A DNA stretch of 22,010 nt from positions 1 through 22,010 of the forward strand of contig JBIOZG010000020.1 in NCBI GenBank assembly GCA_044870765.1, given 5' to 3'. The position numbers were made by a program, and so were the translations under genes. Positions 1 through 8,281 of this stretch are shown here, in pieces (within the stretch, counting starts at the first letter, position 1; each line of letters begins with the position of its first letter). The notes below the pieces were generated by a model, which was not told the DNA's origin, did no database searches, and worked only from the letters and a program-made list of their open reading frames with translations. Source of the DNA: Nitrososphaeraceae archaeon. GTDB taxonomy: Archaea; Thermoproteota; Nitrososphaeria; Nitrososphaerales; Nitrososphaeraceae.

Positions 1-249
1 AATTGATTTTTAAATAATTGGCGTAATGTTGAACCTAGATTCTAGATATAACAAAATGTACATTATGTAGATTTGACATCCAATGATTCAATTCTGCGGC
101 CTTTAGCGCTTATTCAAACCTGGGTAAAAAAAAGATATGCTATTGTCAGCTCACATGACAATTTTGCACCAGAATTCAGCAGACAAGAATCTAAAGATAT
201 TCAACCGGTAGCATGTACTCCGGATAACACCCTGGCTTTAAATAAGGTC

Positions 250-266
250 AAGCAAACTTAAAGTAT
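250..266 (+). promoter_or_regulatory. Putative BRE/TATA promoter of the aIF2-alpha gene
   Basis: Purine-rich AAGCAAA followed by CTTAAAGTA (257-265), about 26-33 nt upstream of ATG 291, the usual archaeal spacing for a short or absent leader. Confidence 0.45.
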
Positions 267-290
267 AGTACTCAAGTGCGTATGTTCTAA

Positions 291-1091
291 ATGGCCACCG
301 ATATCAAACAACTTCCAGAAGCAGGTGATTTGGTAATTGCAACCATAAAGGAAGTCACAGGTCATGGAGCCTATGTATCTTTGGATGAATATCAAGAATT
401 AACCGCATTTCTGCATGTATCTGAAATTGCAACAGGGTGGATAAGGAACATAGAGAGATACGTGAGACCTAAACAAAAAACAGTGCTTAAGGTCATAAGA
501 GTAGACAAATCAAGAGTTGAAGTAGACCTTTCTTTAAAACAGGTATCGCGTGAAGAGAGAAAATCCAAACTTATCGAAGTAAAGAAGAGTGAGAAAGCAT
601 CTGCATTTATGCATATGATTAAAACCAAAACAGGCATGCCCGATGATAAGATTAAAGACCTTCAGGATGTTATATTACAAAAATTTGACTATCTTTATGA
701 TATGTTTGAAGCTGTTGCCTTTAAGGGAATTGACTCTATAAAATCACTTGAGATTTCTGACGAGACAAGAGCAGCGATAGCAGAGGAAAGCAAAAAGATT
801 CAAATTCCCAGTGTTGAGATTCGAGGAGTTATAGAACTTAACATAAACGAACCACAAGGGGTCGAAACCATAAAGAATGTTCTTTCATCAGCAGAACTAA
901 ATAAGAATAACACTTCAATCGAAATTTCATATATTGCCGCACCTCGCTATCGAATAATTGCAAAAGCAGAAAATTACAAAATTGCTGAAAAAACTCTTAA
1001 CAACGCTGTTGAGAAAATTTCAAATTCAGTAGGCAAAAAGGTGGGATTATTTAATTTTATTAGAGAAGACACTAAAAAAAATAGGAGGTAG
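291..1091 (+). CDS. eif2a: Translation initiation factor aIF2 subunit alpha
   Basis: N-terminal S1 domain (LPEAGDLVIATIKEV..GAYVSLDEY..FLHVSEIATGWIRNIERYVR..VLKVIRVD..VDLSLKQV), C-terminal YIAAPRYRI motif, 266 aa, followed by nop10 as in most archaea. Confidence 0.97.
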   Translation: MATDIKQLPEAGDLVIATIKEVTGHGAYVSLDEYQELTAFLHVSEIATGWIRNIERYVRPKQKTVLKVIRVDKSRVEVDLSLKQVSREERKSKLIEVKKSEKASAFMHMIKTKTGMPDDKIKDLQDVILQKFDYLYDMFEAVAFKGIDSIKSLEISDETRAAIAEESKKIQIPSVEIRGVIELNINEPQGVETIKNVLSSAELNKNNTSIEISYIAAPRYRIIAKAENYKIAEKTLNNAVEKISNSVGKKVGLFNFIREDTKKNRR

Positions 1092-1094
1092 GTG
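1084..1094 (+). promoter_or_regulatory. Shine-Dalgarno-like element for nop10, overlapping the eif2a stop
   Basis: GGAGGTAGGTG at 1084-1094; the AGGTG part ends 5 nt before ATC 1100. Confidence 0.6.
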
Positions 1095-1099
1095 TAGCT

Positions 1100-1264
1100 A
1101 TCAAACATCTTTTACGAAAATGCCATTCTTGCAAAACCTATACGCTTTATGAAAAATGCACGATTTGCAATAATACTACACTCGATCCACATCCTCCAAA
1201 GTTCTCCATGGAAGACAAGTACATAAGATATAGAATAGAAGAAAAATACTTAAATAAAGATTAA
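1100..1264 (+). CDS. nop10: H/ACA RNP protein Nop10, about 54 aa, apparent non-canonical ATC start
   Basis: Manual translation (I/M)KHLLRKCHSCKTYTLYEKCTICNNTTLDPHPPKFSMEDKYIRYRIEEKYLNKD*. It has the CxxC..YTL..CxxC zinc ribbon and the HPPKFSxEDKYxxYR Nop10 signature, directly after eif2a. There is an in-frame TAG at 1082-1084 and no ATG/GTG/TTG between it and the first Cys. Confidence 0.93.
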   Translation: MKHLLRKCHSCKTYTLYEKCTICNNTTLDPHPPKFSMEDKYIRYRIEEKYLNKD

Positions 1265-1273
1265 TCCTGGATT

Positions 1274-1297
1274 AAAAAAGTAAAATTATTTTTTTTT
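1274..1297. terminator. Bidirectional oligo-T terminator region between nop10 and the convergent 145-aa gene
   Basis: T9 on + at 1289-1297 and A6 at 1274-1279 (T6 on -), between convergent stops at 1264 and 1309. Confidence 0.55.
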
Positions 1298-1308
1298 AGG
1301 AAAACATC

Positions 1309-1746
1309 TCAAGATGTATTGTTACTTATATTGCTGATACTAATATTGGAACTCTGGTTATTCAATTCACTGCTTGCTGCATCAATGACTTGCTCAAGAG
1401 ATGAAGAGGACGAATTTCCATTACTTGCAGCGTCAATCACTTCTTGCAAAGAAGTAGATTGTCCTCCACCGATTGCTTGAATTACTTGGTCAACAACCTG
1501 CGATTTTGCGTCAGAGCTGTTCGTCACGTTCAAAACATACGGTATTGCATTCTTGGTATTTGAGTCACTAACATTTTGGGTTGCAGTTGCATTTGATAGA
1601 GAATTTGTATTATTATTAGATGTATTTTGTGATATCTGACCATACACCGTAATGTCAGAGTATGTATTTCCCATATAGCAAATTACAAACAAGGCCGACA
1701 GAGAGATAATAGCATATGTAAGATTCCCATTTCTTTGCATATTCAT
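1309..1746 (-). CDS. Secreted Asn/Ser-rich low-complexity protein with a short repeated helical motif
   Basis: Hydrophobic N-terminus (YAIISLSALFVICYM) with a likely cleavage site at VYG|Q; repeats SLQEVIDAAS and SLEQVIDAAS; many N-X-S/T sequons; TATA-like ATATAATAT about 25 nt upstream. Confidence 0.75.
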   Translation of the reverse strand: MNMQRNGNLTYAIISLSALFVICYMGNTYSDITVYGQISQNTSNNNTNSLSNATATQNVSDSNTKNAIPYVLNVTNSSDAKSQVVDQVIQAIGGGQSTSLQEVIDAASNGNSSSSSLEQVIDAASSELNNQSSNISISNISNNTS

Positions 1747-1834
1747 GGAGTATTGAAGGATTCTCTATATTATATGAATTTCGTAACAATATGAAATTTC
1801 CTTGAGAAAAACAAAACTTTAGATCGATTGAAAT

Positions 1835-1851
1835 ATTCTGAATTTCAGAAT
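1835..1851. promoter_or_regulatory. Perfect 8-1-8 palindrome, candidate transcription-factor site
   Basis: ATTCTGAA-T-TTCAGAAT; related TATGAA-T-TTCGTA at 1773-1785 and TGAAATTTC at 1792-1800. Confidence 0.35.
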
Positions 1852-2054
1852 TATTTCCAGATATTTTCTCCCAAGGTTATTTTTTTATTAAGAAATTGTC
1901 CACTTATTCTATACACGCAGCCTAAACTAATGATGTGGTATATTGCACATGCGAATATTTTACAAAAACAAATACGAGTGATAGCTGAATTGTTGCGTCC
2001 AGAGAACAAAGCGCAAAATATGAAAGGTATTGTCCCAGGACACGTCTAGAGGAT

Positions 2055-2308
2055 GCTATTTTTTTTAGGATAAGAAAAATCTGCATCAATAACAAGTATA
2101 TCTCCCTACTTGATGATTCTATCCCCTTTAAAATAGCATAAATGAGGCCTCCGTCTACCTTGAGGCCATTAATAATTGGATTAAATTTGCTATTAGTGCT
2201 TTTTGAATTCATAAACTCTTCAAATTTGATTTTGAATTAGAAGTAGCTTGAATCACACAAGAGATGTATTGAACTACTAATTAATTCAATTCCATCCGTG
2301 AAGTCATA
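2055..2308 (-). pseudogene. Decayed GT2 (dolichol/polyprenol-phosphate mannose synthase-like) remnant
   Basis: Minus strand reads YDFTDGIELI (2308 down), an in-frame TAA at 2237-2239, then GGLIYAILKGIESSS, then after a frameshift GDILVIDADFSYP (DADF at 2076-2087). This matches the GT2 motif order DDxSxDG ... GLxxAIxxG ... GDxxxxxDADxS. Confidence 0.6.
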
Positions 2309-2352
2309 TAATTAATGATGGCAGTTAATGTACAGATTCTTGTGTATTAATT

Positions 2353-2364
2353 AAAATAAAAAAA
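2353..2364 (-). terminator. Oligo-T terminator of the beta-helix gene
   Basis: AAAATAAAAAAA on + (TTTTTTTATTTT on -), about 40 nt downstream of the stop at 2406. Confidence 0.45.
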
Positions 2365-2405
2365 TAAGGTTTGTGGTTCTTAATCGAGCTGAATGGCTTT
2401 GTACC

Positions 2406-3185
2406 TTATTGAGGATTGCATCCGCCACTTGGCTGACTAACGAAGCAGTTGTTCTTGAGTAGTTCGTTTCCGTTAATGTTGAGAGGCAAGCCGTCAGCAT
2501 TGTTTATGTCGACATCATTCTTTAGTACATTGTTATACAGTATCGTATTCTTTGTACTTTGTGCATCTACGAATATCCCATTTCTGCTTCCGCCGATAGA
2601 ATTAGCATCTACTTGCCCTTTGTCAGTATTGACCAAGGTGACACCAGCAAGATCATTACCGGTCATCATATTGGCATGTATCTGAACTCCTATGGATGAG
2701 TGAGACGCCACGCCGATTGTATTGGGTCCGATAAAGTTCTGTTCAATGGTACTTCCAATTGAACCTGTCATGAAGATTGCTATTTTATTTCCTTCAAATG
2801 TGACTCTGTGGACATTCGTATTTTCAGAACCAGTTATCAAAACTCCTGCTTGGAAACTACGAATAGCGCCAGAACCCTCTATAACTACATTATTTGAATG
2901 AGGTACTGCTATTCCTACTTTGGAACTGTTGGCTCCTGGTCCGCTGATTGAGTATCCATTCAAATTAATGTTTGTGTTATCTCCTCCAACAATTAATCCA
3001 TCGCCCTCACAGACAAGATTTGCAGTTAACGTGATGTTGCCATGAACTACTTGACCGCATGCTGGACTTGATAATGGTAAGCCTTGTGCTAGTGCTACTT
3101 GCATTGAACTCTGTATATTTACTCCACTGATAGTCGCTAGTGCTACCAATATTGTTGCTAAGATGTATGACATTGTTTGTTGCAT
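2406..3185 (-). CDS. Secreted right-handed parallel beta-helix (pectin lyase/NosD-like) protein
   Basis: Signal peptide ending VALA|Q; CG..ITLTANLVC..DGLIVGGDNTNINLNGYSISG cap; repeated GI/V-x-I ... N-x-I-x-x-N coils; terminal Cys pair; CTTAAATA TATA-like box about 25 nt upstream. Confidence 0.88.
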   Translation of the reverse strand: MQQTMSYILATILVALATISGVNIQSSMQVALAQGLPLSSPACGQVVHGNITLTANLVCEGDGLIVGGDNTNINLNGYSISGPGANSSKVGIAVPHSNNVVIEGSGAIRSFQAGVLITGSENTNVHRVTFEGNKIAIFMTGSIGSTIEQNFIGPNTIGVASHSSIGVQIHANMMTGNDLAGVTLVNTDKGQVDANSIGGSRNGIFVDAQSTKNTILYNNVLKNDVDINNADGLPLNINGNELLKNNCFVSQPSGGCNPQ

Positions 3186-3507
3186 CCATAATAGGGCTAC
3201 ATAATTAACTATTTAAGTCGAACTCATCTTTCTATTGTAACTAAGTTGCAGTATAAGTAGTCCTTCTACTAGATGCAATAAATATTAAATTCTTTCATAA
3301 ATACTATACTTTTCCCAAATACTCTCAAACATTTGATTATTCCACAAAACTCTCCAGAATTCAATAGATTGAATCATGAGAGCGCAAAACCATAGAATCC
3401 ATACTCGTCATATTCGTCAATAAATTTTACTTTGAGATTGTTCTGGATAATCGAGAAAGAATTAGTCGTCAACAAGAAATATATTCAATTTTTATCTCAA
3501 ACATAAC

Positions 3508-4536
3508 GTGAAACTGGCTATCGTTGGTGCGGGAGTTGCAGGATCCTATCTAGGTAACCGTCTACAGGGAGAAGGACACCAAGTGGAAATCTTTGAGGCT
3601 TCAAAAAAGGAATCTCATTGGCCAGTGTGTGCATGGGGTGCATCAAGGAATATGCTTGAATCATTTTCAAAGAGTGCTGGATTAACGTTTGAGGATTATG
3701 TACTACATCGTGGAAAAAAATTGAGAATGGACCTTCCCGACGATAAGGTTGAATATTTGGATCTTAAGGGGTTGGTTACTTATGATAAATATAGCTGGGA
3801 GCATGACCTTTGCCGAGGAATAAAGATAAACTATGACTTTCATTGCGCCCCAGAATCAGAATTTCTTTCAAATTTTGACTATGTCATGGATTGTACTGGC
3901 CTGCATAGATCTCTTCTTCCTAAATCCCCTCATGATTTCATAATACCTTCATACGAATACCTTGTAGACAATGTCGATGGAATTGATGAATTTTATGTTA
4001 TAGGATACAAAGGAGCTAGAGGTTATTTCTGGTTTTTCCCCTTAGGTAATGGGCGAGCATATATCGGTGCGGGTGATATTGATCGTAAATATTACGGTAT
4101 ATCAGAATTCTTTGAGAAAAATCCTGGTGCAAAGACGCTTAGAAAGATAGGACGACCAATAAGACTTTCTCCTCCCAAGCGCATGCTACCTTTTCACAAT
4201 GGTAACATAATTGGAGTTGGTGAATCAATAGGCTGTGTATTTCCAATGCTAGGGGAAGGCATTATTCCTTCCCTAATTTGCTGCAATATTTTCTTAGAAG
4301 TCTTAAATAAAAATTCAAAATTTGATTCAGAACTTTACAAGAAAAGAATTCTCAAGCAATTCGGATATTATGACGATGTTTACAGGATAGTCAGGTTGAA
4401 AATGGACGGTAAGCTCAATTCTATAAAGCATTTGAAATTACTTTTAAGCATGTATAGAAATATGAAAAGAGAAGAAATGAGATTTGGGTTTGGTATTGAT
4501 TTTGAACAAATGAATAGGTTATTGAAAGCACTCTGA
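3508..4536 (+). CDS. FAD-dependent oxidoreductase, geranylgeranyl reductase (GGR)-like family
   Basis: GAGVAG dinucleotide-binding motif, GYFWFFP (GGR YxWxFP motif) and VGESIGCVFPMLGEGI (variant of GDAAG..P..GEGI); GTG start. Confidence 0.88.
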   Translation: MKLAIVGAGVAGSYLGNRLQGEGHQVEIFEASKKESHWPVCAWGASRNMLESFSKSAGLTFEDYVLHRGKKLRMDLPDDKVEYLDLKGLVTYDKYSWEHDLCRGIKINYDFHCAPESEFLSNFDYVMDCTGLHRSLLPKSPHDFIIPSYEYLVDNVDGIDEFYVIGYKGARGYFWFFPLGNGRAYIGAGDIDRKYYGISEFFEKNPGAKTLRKIGRPIRLSPPKRMLPFHNGNIIGVGESIGCVFPMLGEGIIPSLICCNIFLEVLNKNSKFDSELYKKRILKQFGYYDDVYRIVRLKMDGKLNSIKHLKLLLSMYRNMKREEMRFGFGIDFEQMNRLLKAL

Positions 4537-4775
4537 TATTGTAGGTACTGTGATAGTAGCCATTCAGACCCCCTCCTTAATCTTGATTTGACTTTGTATG
4601 AGGTTGACTTTGATAATATTTGGTGTCAAATTGGCGATTTTCTAATAGGTTGTACAGTGAATTGTACCTAATACAATATCCATTTTCTCTCACTTCTATT
4701 TTCGGTTTACCATGCTATTAAATAGGTTAAATTTGAACGGAATCTATTTGTAAAAGACAAACACTAAGTTCAACT

Positions 4776-5234
4776 ATGCCTTATTCAATTAGTTCAGACT
4801 GGTTCAGGAGACGCTGGCTTGACTTTCGGAATGGACATAGTATATACCTAGTTTTTGCAATGACTTTTGCCAATTTCATAACAATTCAGTATCAATTGTT
4901 AATAGACAGGCTGCCTTATCTGGGTGAGCTTTTTGATAGTATTTTGATTTTTGCAATAGTGTTTATTTTGGCGTATGTTCCGTTGAGTATAGTATTAGGA
5001 TATTGGCACAGGAAAAGTCAATGGAAAGTCGAACAAGATGCCTTGTTTAGGGAAAATAAAGTTGGAGCTATAATGTGGATGTATGTGATTGATCTTATTG
5101 AAGGTAATGTAAGTGAAGAGGACAAGAAATTGATGAAAGAATCTCTGCTTAAAATTACCAGAGGCGAAACACGATTATATGGAATCAAGAAATCAACTGA
5201 AAACCGAAAGAGTACTGACAAGAAAGACGAGTAA
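4776..5234 (+). CDS. Hypothetical two-TM membrane protein
   Basis: 152-aa ORF with a basic N-terminus (WFRRRWLDFRNGH), two hydrophobic segments and a charged tail; resembles a family I associate with Nitrososphaerota; function unknown. Confidence 0.8.
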   Translation: MPYSISSDWFRRRWLDFRNGHSIYLVFAMTFANFITIQYQLLIDRLPYLGELFDSILIFAIVFILAYVPLSIVLGYWHRKSQWKVEQDALFRENKVGAIMWMYVIDLIEGNVSEEDKKLMKESLLKITRGETRLYGIKKSTENRKSTDKKDE

Positions 5235-5358
5235 ATTGCAGTGTCTTGATATGCTGAAACTAGTACTATTATCCTAGCTTTCCAACTCTTGGTTCAAACT
5301 ATTTCGCTGAATTGTAATTAACAAAAGATGTTTATGGTCCGTTATTTCCATTATACCG

Positions 5359-6207
5359 GTGGGCAGTTATTATGCAATCGTGACCTGCAGGAATTCTGAA
5401 AATGAAATTGAAAATGCAATAATTTCGTTATTACAACAGACTACAAAGCCAAAATATGTTATAGTTGTCGACGATGGGTCAACAGACGGTACGGCTAATA
5501 TCTTGGAAGGATTAAAGTCAAAGAACGATGGATTCTATGTGATAACAAATCCCGATTTGGGATATGACATTGGAAGAGTAGTTAAAAATTGGAATAGTGC
5601 AATTAATCTTGCAAGAAAACTAAATTTGGAAAAAACAGATTATCATATGATAAGCACCGACGACACCCATTATGAGGAGTCTTATGCAGAGAAAATAATG
5701 AACAAGATGGACGCTGACAACAAAATAGCGATATCTTCGGGCAACTACGACAGCAATAGTTACGCCACTCCTCACGGGGCGGGTAGATTCGTCAGGAGTT
5801 CATTCTTCGAAGAATTTCTCGGTCTCTACCCTGAAAAAATGGGATACGAGTCTGTTATCTTACAAATGTCCTTACATCATGGGTTCAAAAATCTCGTCAA
5901 CAACGATGCACGCTTTTCACACACCAGACAATTAGGCGCTAATCACCATTTTTACGAATTTGGTGCTAGCATGAGGACACTAGGGTATCATCCGCTCTTT
6001 GTTTTAGGCAGGGTCGCACAATGCTTTCTAACAGGACAGCCAATAGGTAGAATGGGCGCAGTACATATGCTGTATTATTATTTGTCCTATAAACCAAAAC
6101 AAGATGGCTATGATAGCATGTATGATCCAGAAATCAGGAAAGCAATAAGAATAAGGCAGAGGAGGCGAATTAAGCAGATATTCAGATTGAGGAATACTAC
6201 TACTTAG
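5359..6207 (+). CDS. Glycosyltransferase family 2 (GT-A)
   Basis: IVTCRN.E..I..AI.SLLQQT, VIVVDDGSTDGT and a DxD-like STDDT; Arg-rich C-terminal helix; GTG start. Confidence 0.92.
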   Translation: MGSYYAIVTCRNSENEIENAIISLLQQTTKPKYVIVVDDGSTDGTANILEGLKSKNDGFYVITNPDLGYDIGRVVKNWNSAINLARKLNLEKTDYHMISTDDTHYEESYAEKIMNKMDADNKIAISSGNYDSNSYATPHGAGRFVRSSFFEEFLGLYPEKMGYESVILQMSLHHGFKNLVNNDARFSHTRQLGANHHFYEFGASMRTLGYHPLFVLGRVAQCFLTGQPIGRMGAVHMLYYYLSYKPKQDGYDSMYDPEIRKAIRIRQRRRIKQIFRLRNTTT

Positions 6208-6339
6208 GAACTACCATGATAGAATTAAATTCCAGTTTTTATTGTTGATTTGGAACGGACTTGAGTCAAGATTAAAGATTTAAAAGATGGATCGAAAACA
6301 AGTGGATATTTATATTTTAATTATGCTATTTCTTGATAA

Positions 6340-7422
6340 ATGAAAATAGCATCCATAGTAGGAGCTCGACCCAATTTTGTTAAATTAGGACCTGTTCATA
6401 AATCACTGAGGAGTTCAGGAATCGAGCATCTGATAGTTCACACAGGTCAACATTATGATTATGAAATGTCTGATATTTTCTTTTCCGATTTTGAACTTCC
6501 CAAACCCGATATTCACCTGGGAGTGGGATCCGGAAGTTCTTGTTTCCAGCTAGGAGAAATTATTAAACGCTTGGAGAATAAATTAACAGATAAACAAATT
6601 GATCTTGTTCTTGTTTATGGTGACACTAATTCGACCTTGGCTGGAGCCATAAGTGCAAATAAGTGTAATATAAAATTAGGACATATTGAAGCCGGATTGC
6701 GTAGTTACGATCCCTCAATGCCCGAAGAATACAACAGAATCTTAACGGATAATCTGAGCGATTATTTATTCACGCCAACTAGGAACGCTGTAAAAAATCT
6801 GAAAAATGAAAAAATAAGAGGAAAAGTATACTATACTGGAGATTTATCAGTCGAAATTATAGACAAGACTAGATCAATCTCTAAAAACTCAGAAATACTT
6901 GACGTATTGAATCTGAAATCAAAATCTTATTTACTCCTTACAATGCACAGAGCCGAAAATACAAGCTCAAGGGATTTATTTATTCAGCTCTTAGAGACAT
7001 TCGAAGTACTCAAGGACAATATTATAGTATTTCCAATACATCCCAGAACGAAAAAAATGTTTGAAACATTTGGGCTTTTAGATAGACTTTTGAATTGTTC
7101 CAATGTTAAAACGTTACTGCCAGTAGGATATATAGATTTTATAGCGCTGTTACAAAATTCCTTAAAAGTCGTTACTGATTCAGGGGGAATACAAAAAGAA
7201 GCGTACCTACTAAGGGTGCCTTGCATCACCATGAGAAAGAACACCGAGTGGATTGAAACTATCAAAGGACAATGGAATGTCCTTACGGGAGTTGATAGCA
7301 AGAAAATAGTTAAAGCCGTCAGAAGACCATCACCAATTTTTAGATACTCAAAATCGGTATTCGGTAGTGGTAGGACATCACAAGTTATTAGTGACCTAAT
7401 TTCTAGTATCATTTCGCATTGA
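6340..7422 (+). CDS. wecB: UDP-N-acetylglucosamine 2-epimerase (non-hydrolysing)
   Basis: GARPNFVK, HTGQHYD, VYGDTNSTLA, HIEAGLRS, MPEE.NR, TMHRAEN, FPIHPRT and TDSGGIQKEA motifs. Confidence 0.96.
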   Translation: MKIASIVGARPNFVKLGPVHKSLRSSGIEHLIVHTGQHYDYEMSDIFFSDFELPKPDIHLGVGSGSSCFQLGEIIKRLENKLTDKQIDLVLVYGDTNSTLAGAISANKCNIKLGHIEAGLRSYDPSMPEEYNRILTDNLSDYLFTPTRNAVKNLKNEKIRGKVYYTGDLSVEIIDKTRSISKNSEILDVLNLKSKSYLLLTMHRAENTSSRDLFIQLLETFEVLKDNIIVFPIHPRTKKMFETFGLLDRLLNCSNVKTLLPVGYIDFIALLQNSLKVVTDSGGIQKEAYLLRVPCITMRKNTEWIETIKGQWNVLTGVDSKKIVKAVRRPSPIFRYSKSVFGSGRTSQVISDLISSIISH

Positions 7423-7718
7423 AACTTTTTTGTTCGACTATAAAGTTGGATATGGTTATATATCCACATGTCACAGGTAGAAAGCATCTATTATTCCTAT
7501 TTCTTTTCCAATCTGATCACTATTGATACTTTCAATCGCATTATTTACGGTATTTTCATAGAGTTGCCTAAGAAACTTATCTCCGATTCTTTCTTCAGAC
7601 ATAATAGACTATCGACTTGATGTGCCTTTGTCTTTGTAATGAGTATGACTGCCGCAGGCCTGGGGAATAATTCAAAACCTTGTGGATTATAATGGTAATA
7701 AATACCAATTAATACCAA

Positions 7719-7730
7719 CATATATATGCC
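7719..7730 (+). promoter_or_regulatory. Putative TATA box of the 176-aa gene
   Basis: CATATATATG about 23-32 nt upstream of ATG 7751. Confidence 0.45.
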
Positions 7731-7750
7731 CTTGTGCATAATATAATAAC

Positions 7751-8281
7751 ATGGCATCAAACAAAGAAGTAAAAAATACAGAAAACATCAATATCGCTCT
7801 CGACGAAACAAAATCAATTGTTAAAAAGACAACAGATGAAGCAGTAAAGGAAATTCCACGGTTTACTAAAGCCGTTACCGAATATCAACAAGAGACCATT
7901 CAGGCAACAAAAGATATTGCAGATAATTTTCTAGATTCACAAAAAGAGGTTATCCATTCAATGCAATCCTTATGGGTTCCGTACATTGAAAATGTACAAA
8001 ATTCATATTTGTCATATTGGGTTTCTCCACAAAGAGTCACAGAAAATTATGCAAGAGCAGTAAGCAATATTACAGACAGTACAATAGTCGCAACCAGATT
8101 AGCAAATAACGCACTATTTGCATCTATGGACGCATGGAAAAATTCAATACAGCACGCAAGAGACAACGCAAAAGAATTTTCACGGCTGAATACTAATGTC
8201 GCAAATACATTCGAAAACGCTGCAAGAGACAATTTAAGAGATTTTTCAAAAGAAGTAGAAACACATTCAAGACGACAATAA
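7751..8281 (+). CDS. All-alpha amphipathic protein, phasin-like hypothetical
   Basis: 176 aa, no Cys and no Gly, rich in A/N/Q/T/E/K with helical periodicity (ALDETKSIVKKTTDEAVKEIPRFTKAVTEYQQETIQATKDIADNFLDSQKEVI); own promoter; T7 run at 8326-8332 downstream. Confidence 0.8.
   Translation: MASNKEVKNTENINIALDETKSIVKKTTDEAVKEIPRFTKAVTEYQQETIQATKDIADNFLDSQKEVIHSMQSLWVPYIENVQNSYLSYWVSPQRVTENYARAVSNITDSTIVATRLANNALFASMDAWKNSIQHARDNAKEFSRLNTNVANTFENAARDNLRDFSKEVETHSRRQ

Noticed and set aside
73-261. 62-aa ORF upstream of eif2a
   Set aside because: TTG start, no recognisable motif (not S27e or L44e), and it overlaps the likely eif2a promoter; probably spurious.
1074-1091. A8 run near the eif2a end as a -1 frameshift site fusing aIF2-alpha to Nop10
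   Set aside because: A -1 shift at this run enters the Nop10 frame but immediately meets TAG at 1082-1084.
1828-2212. ORFs 1828-2049 (+) and 1922-2212 (-) as real genes
   Set aside because: They overlap each other, and the minus one is better explained as a frameshifted GT2 remnant.
4652-4667. GTACA-N6-TGTAC palindrome and nearby TTGACTTTG direct repeats
   Set aside because: Arms are short and plausible by chance; I found no second convincing copy in the window.
6984-7760. Minus-strand ORFs 6984-7487 and 7545-7760
   Set aside because: The first is antisense to wecB and the second overlaps the promoter and start of the 176-aa gene; neither has motifs.
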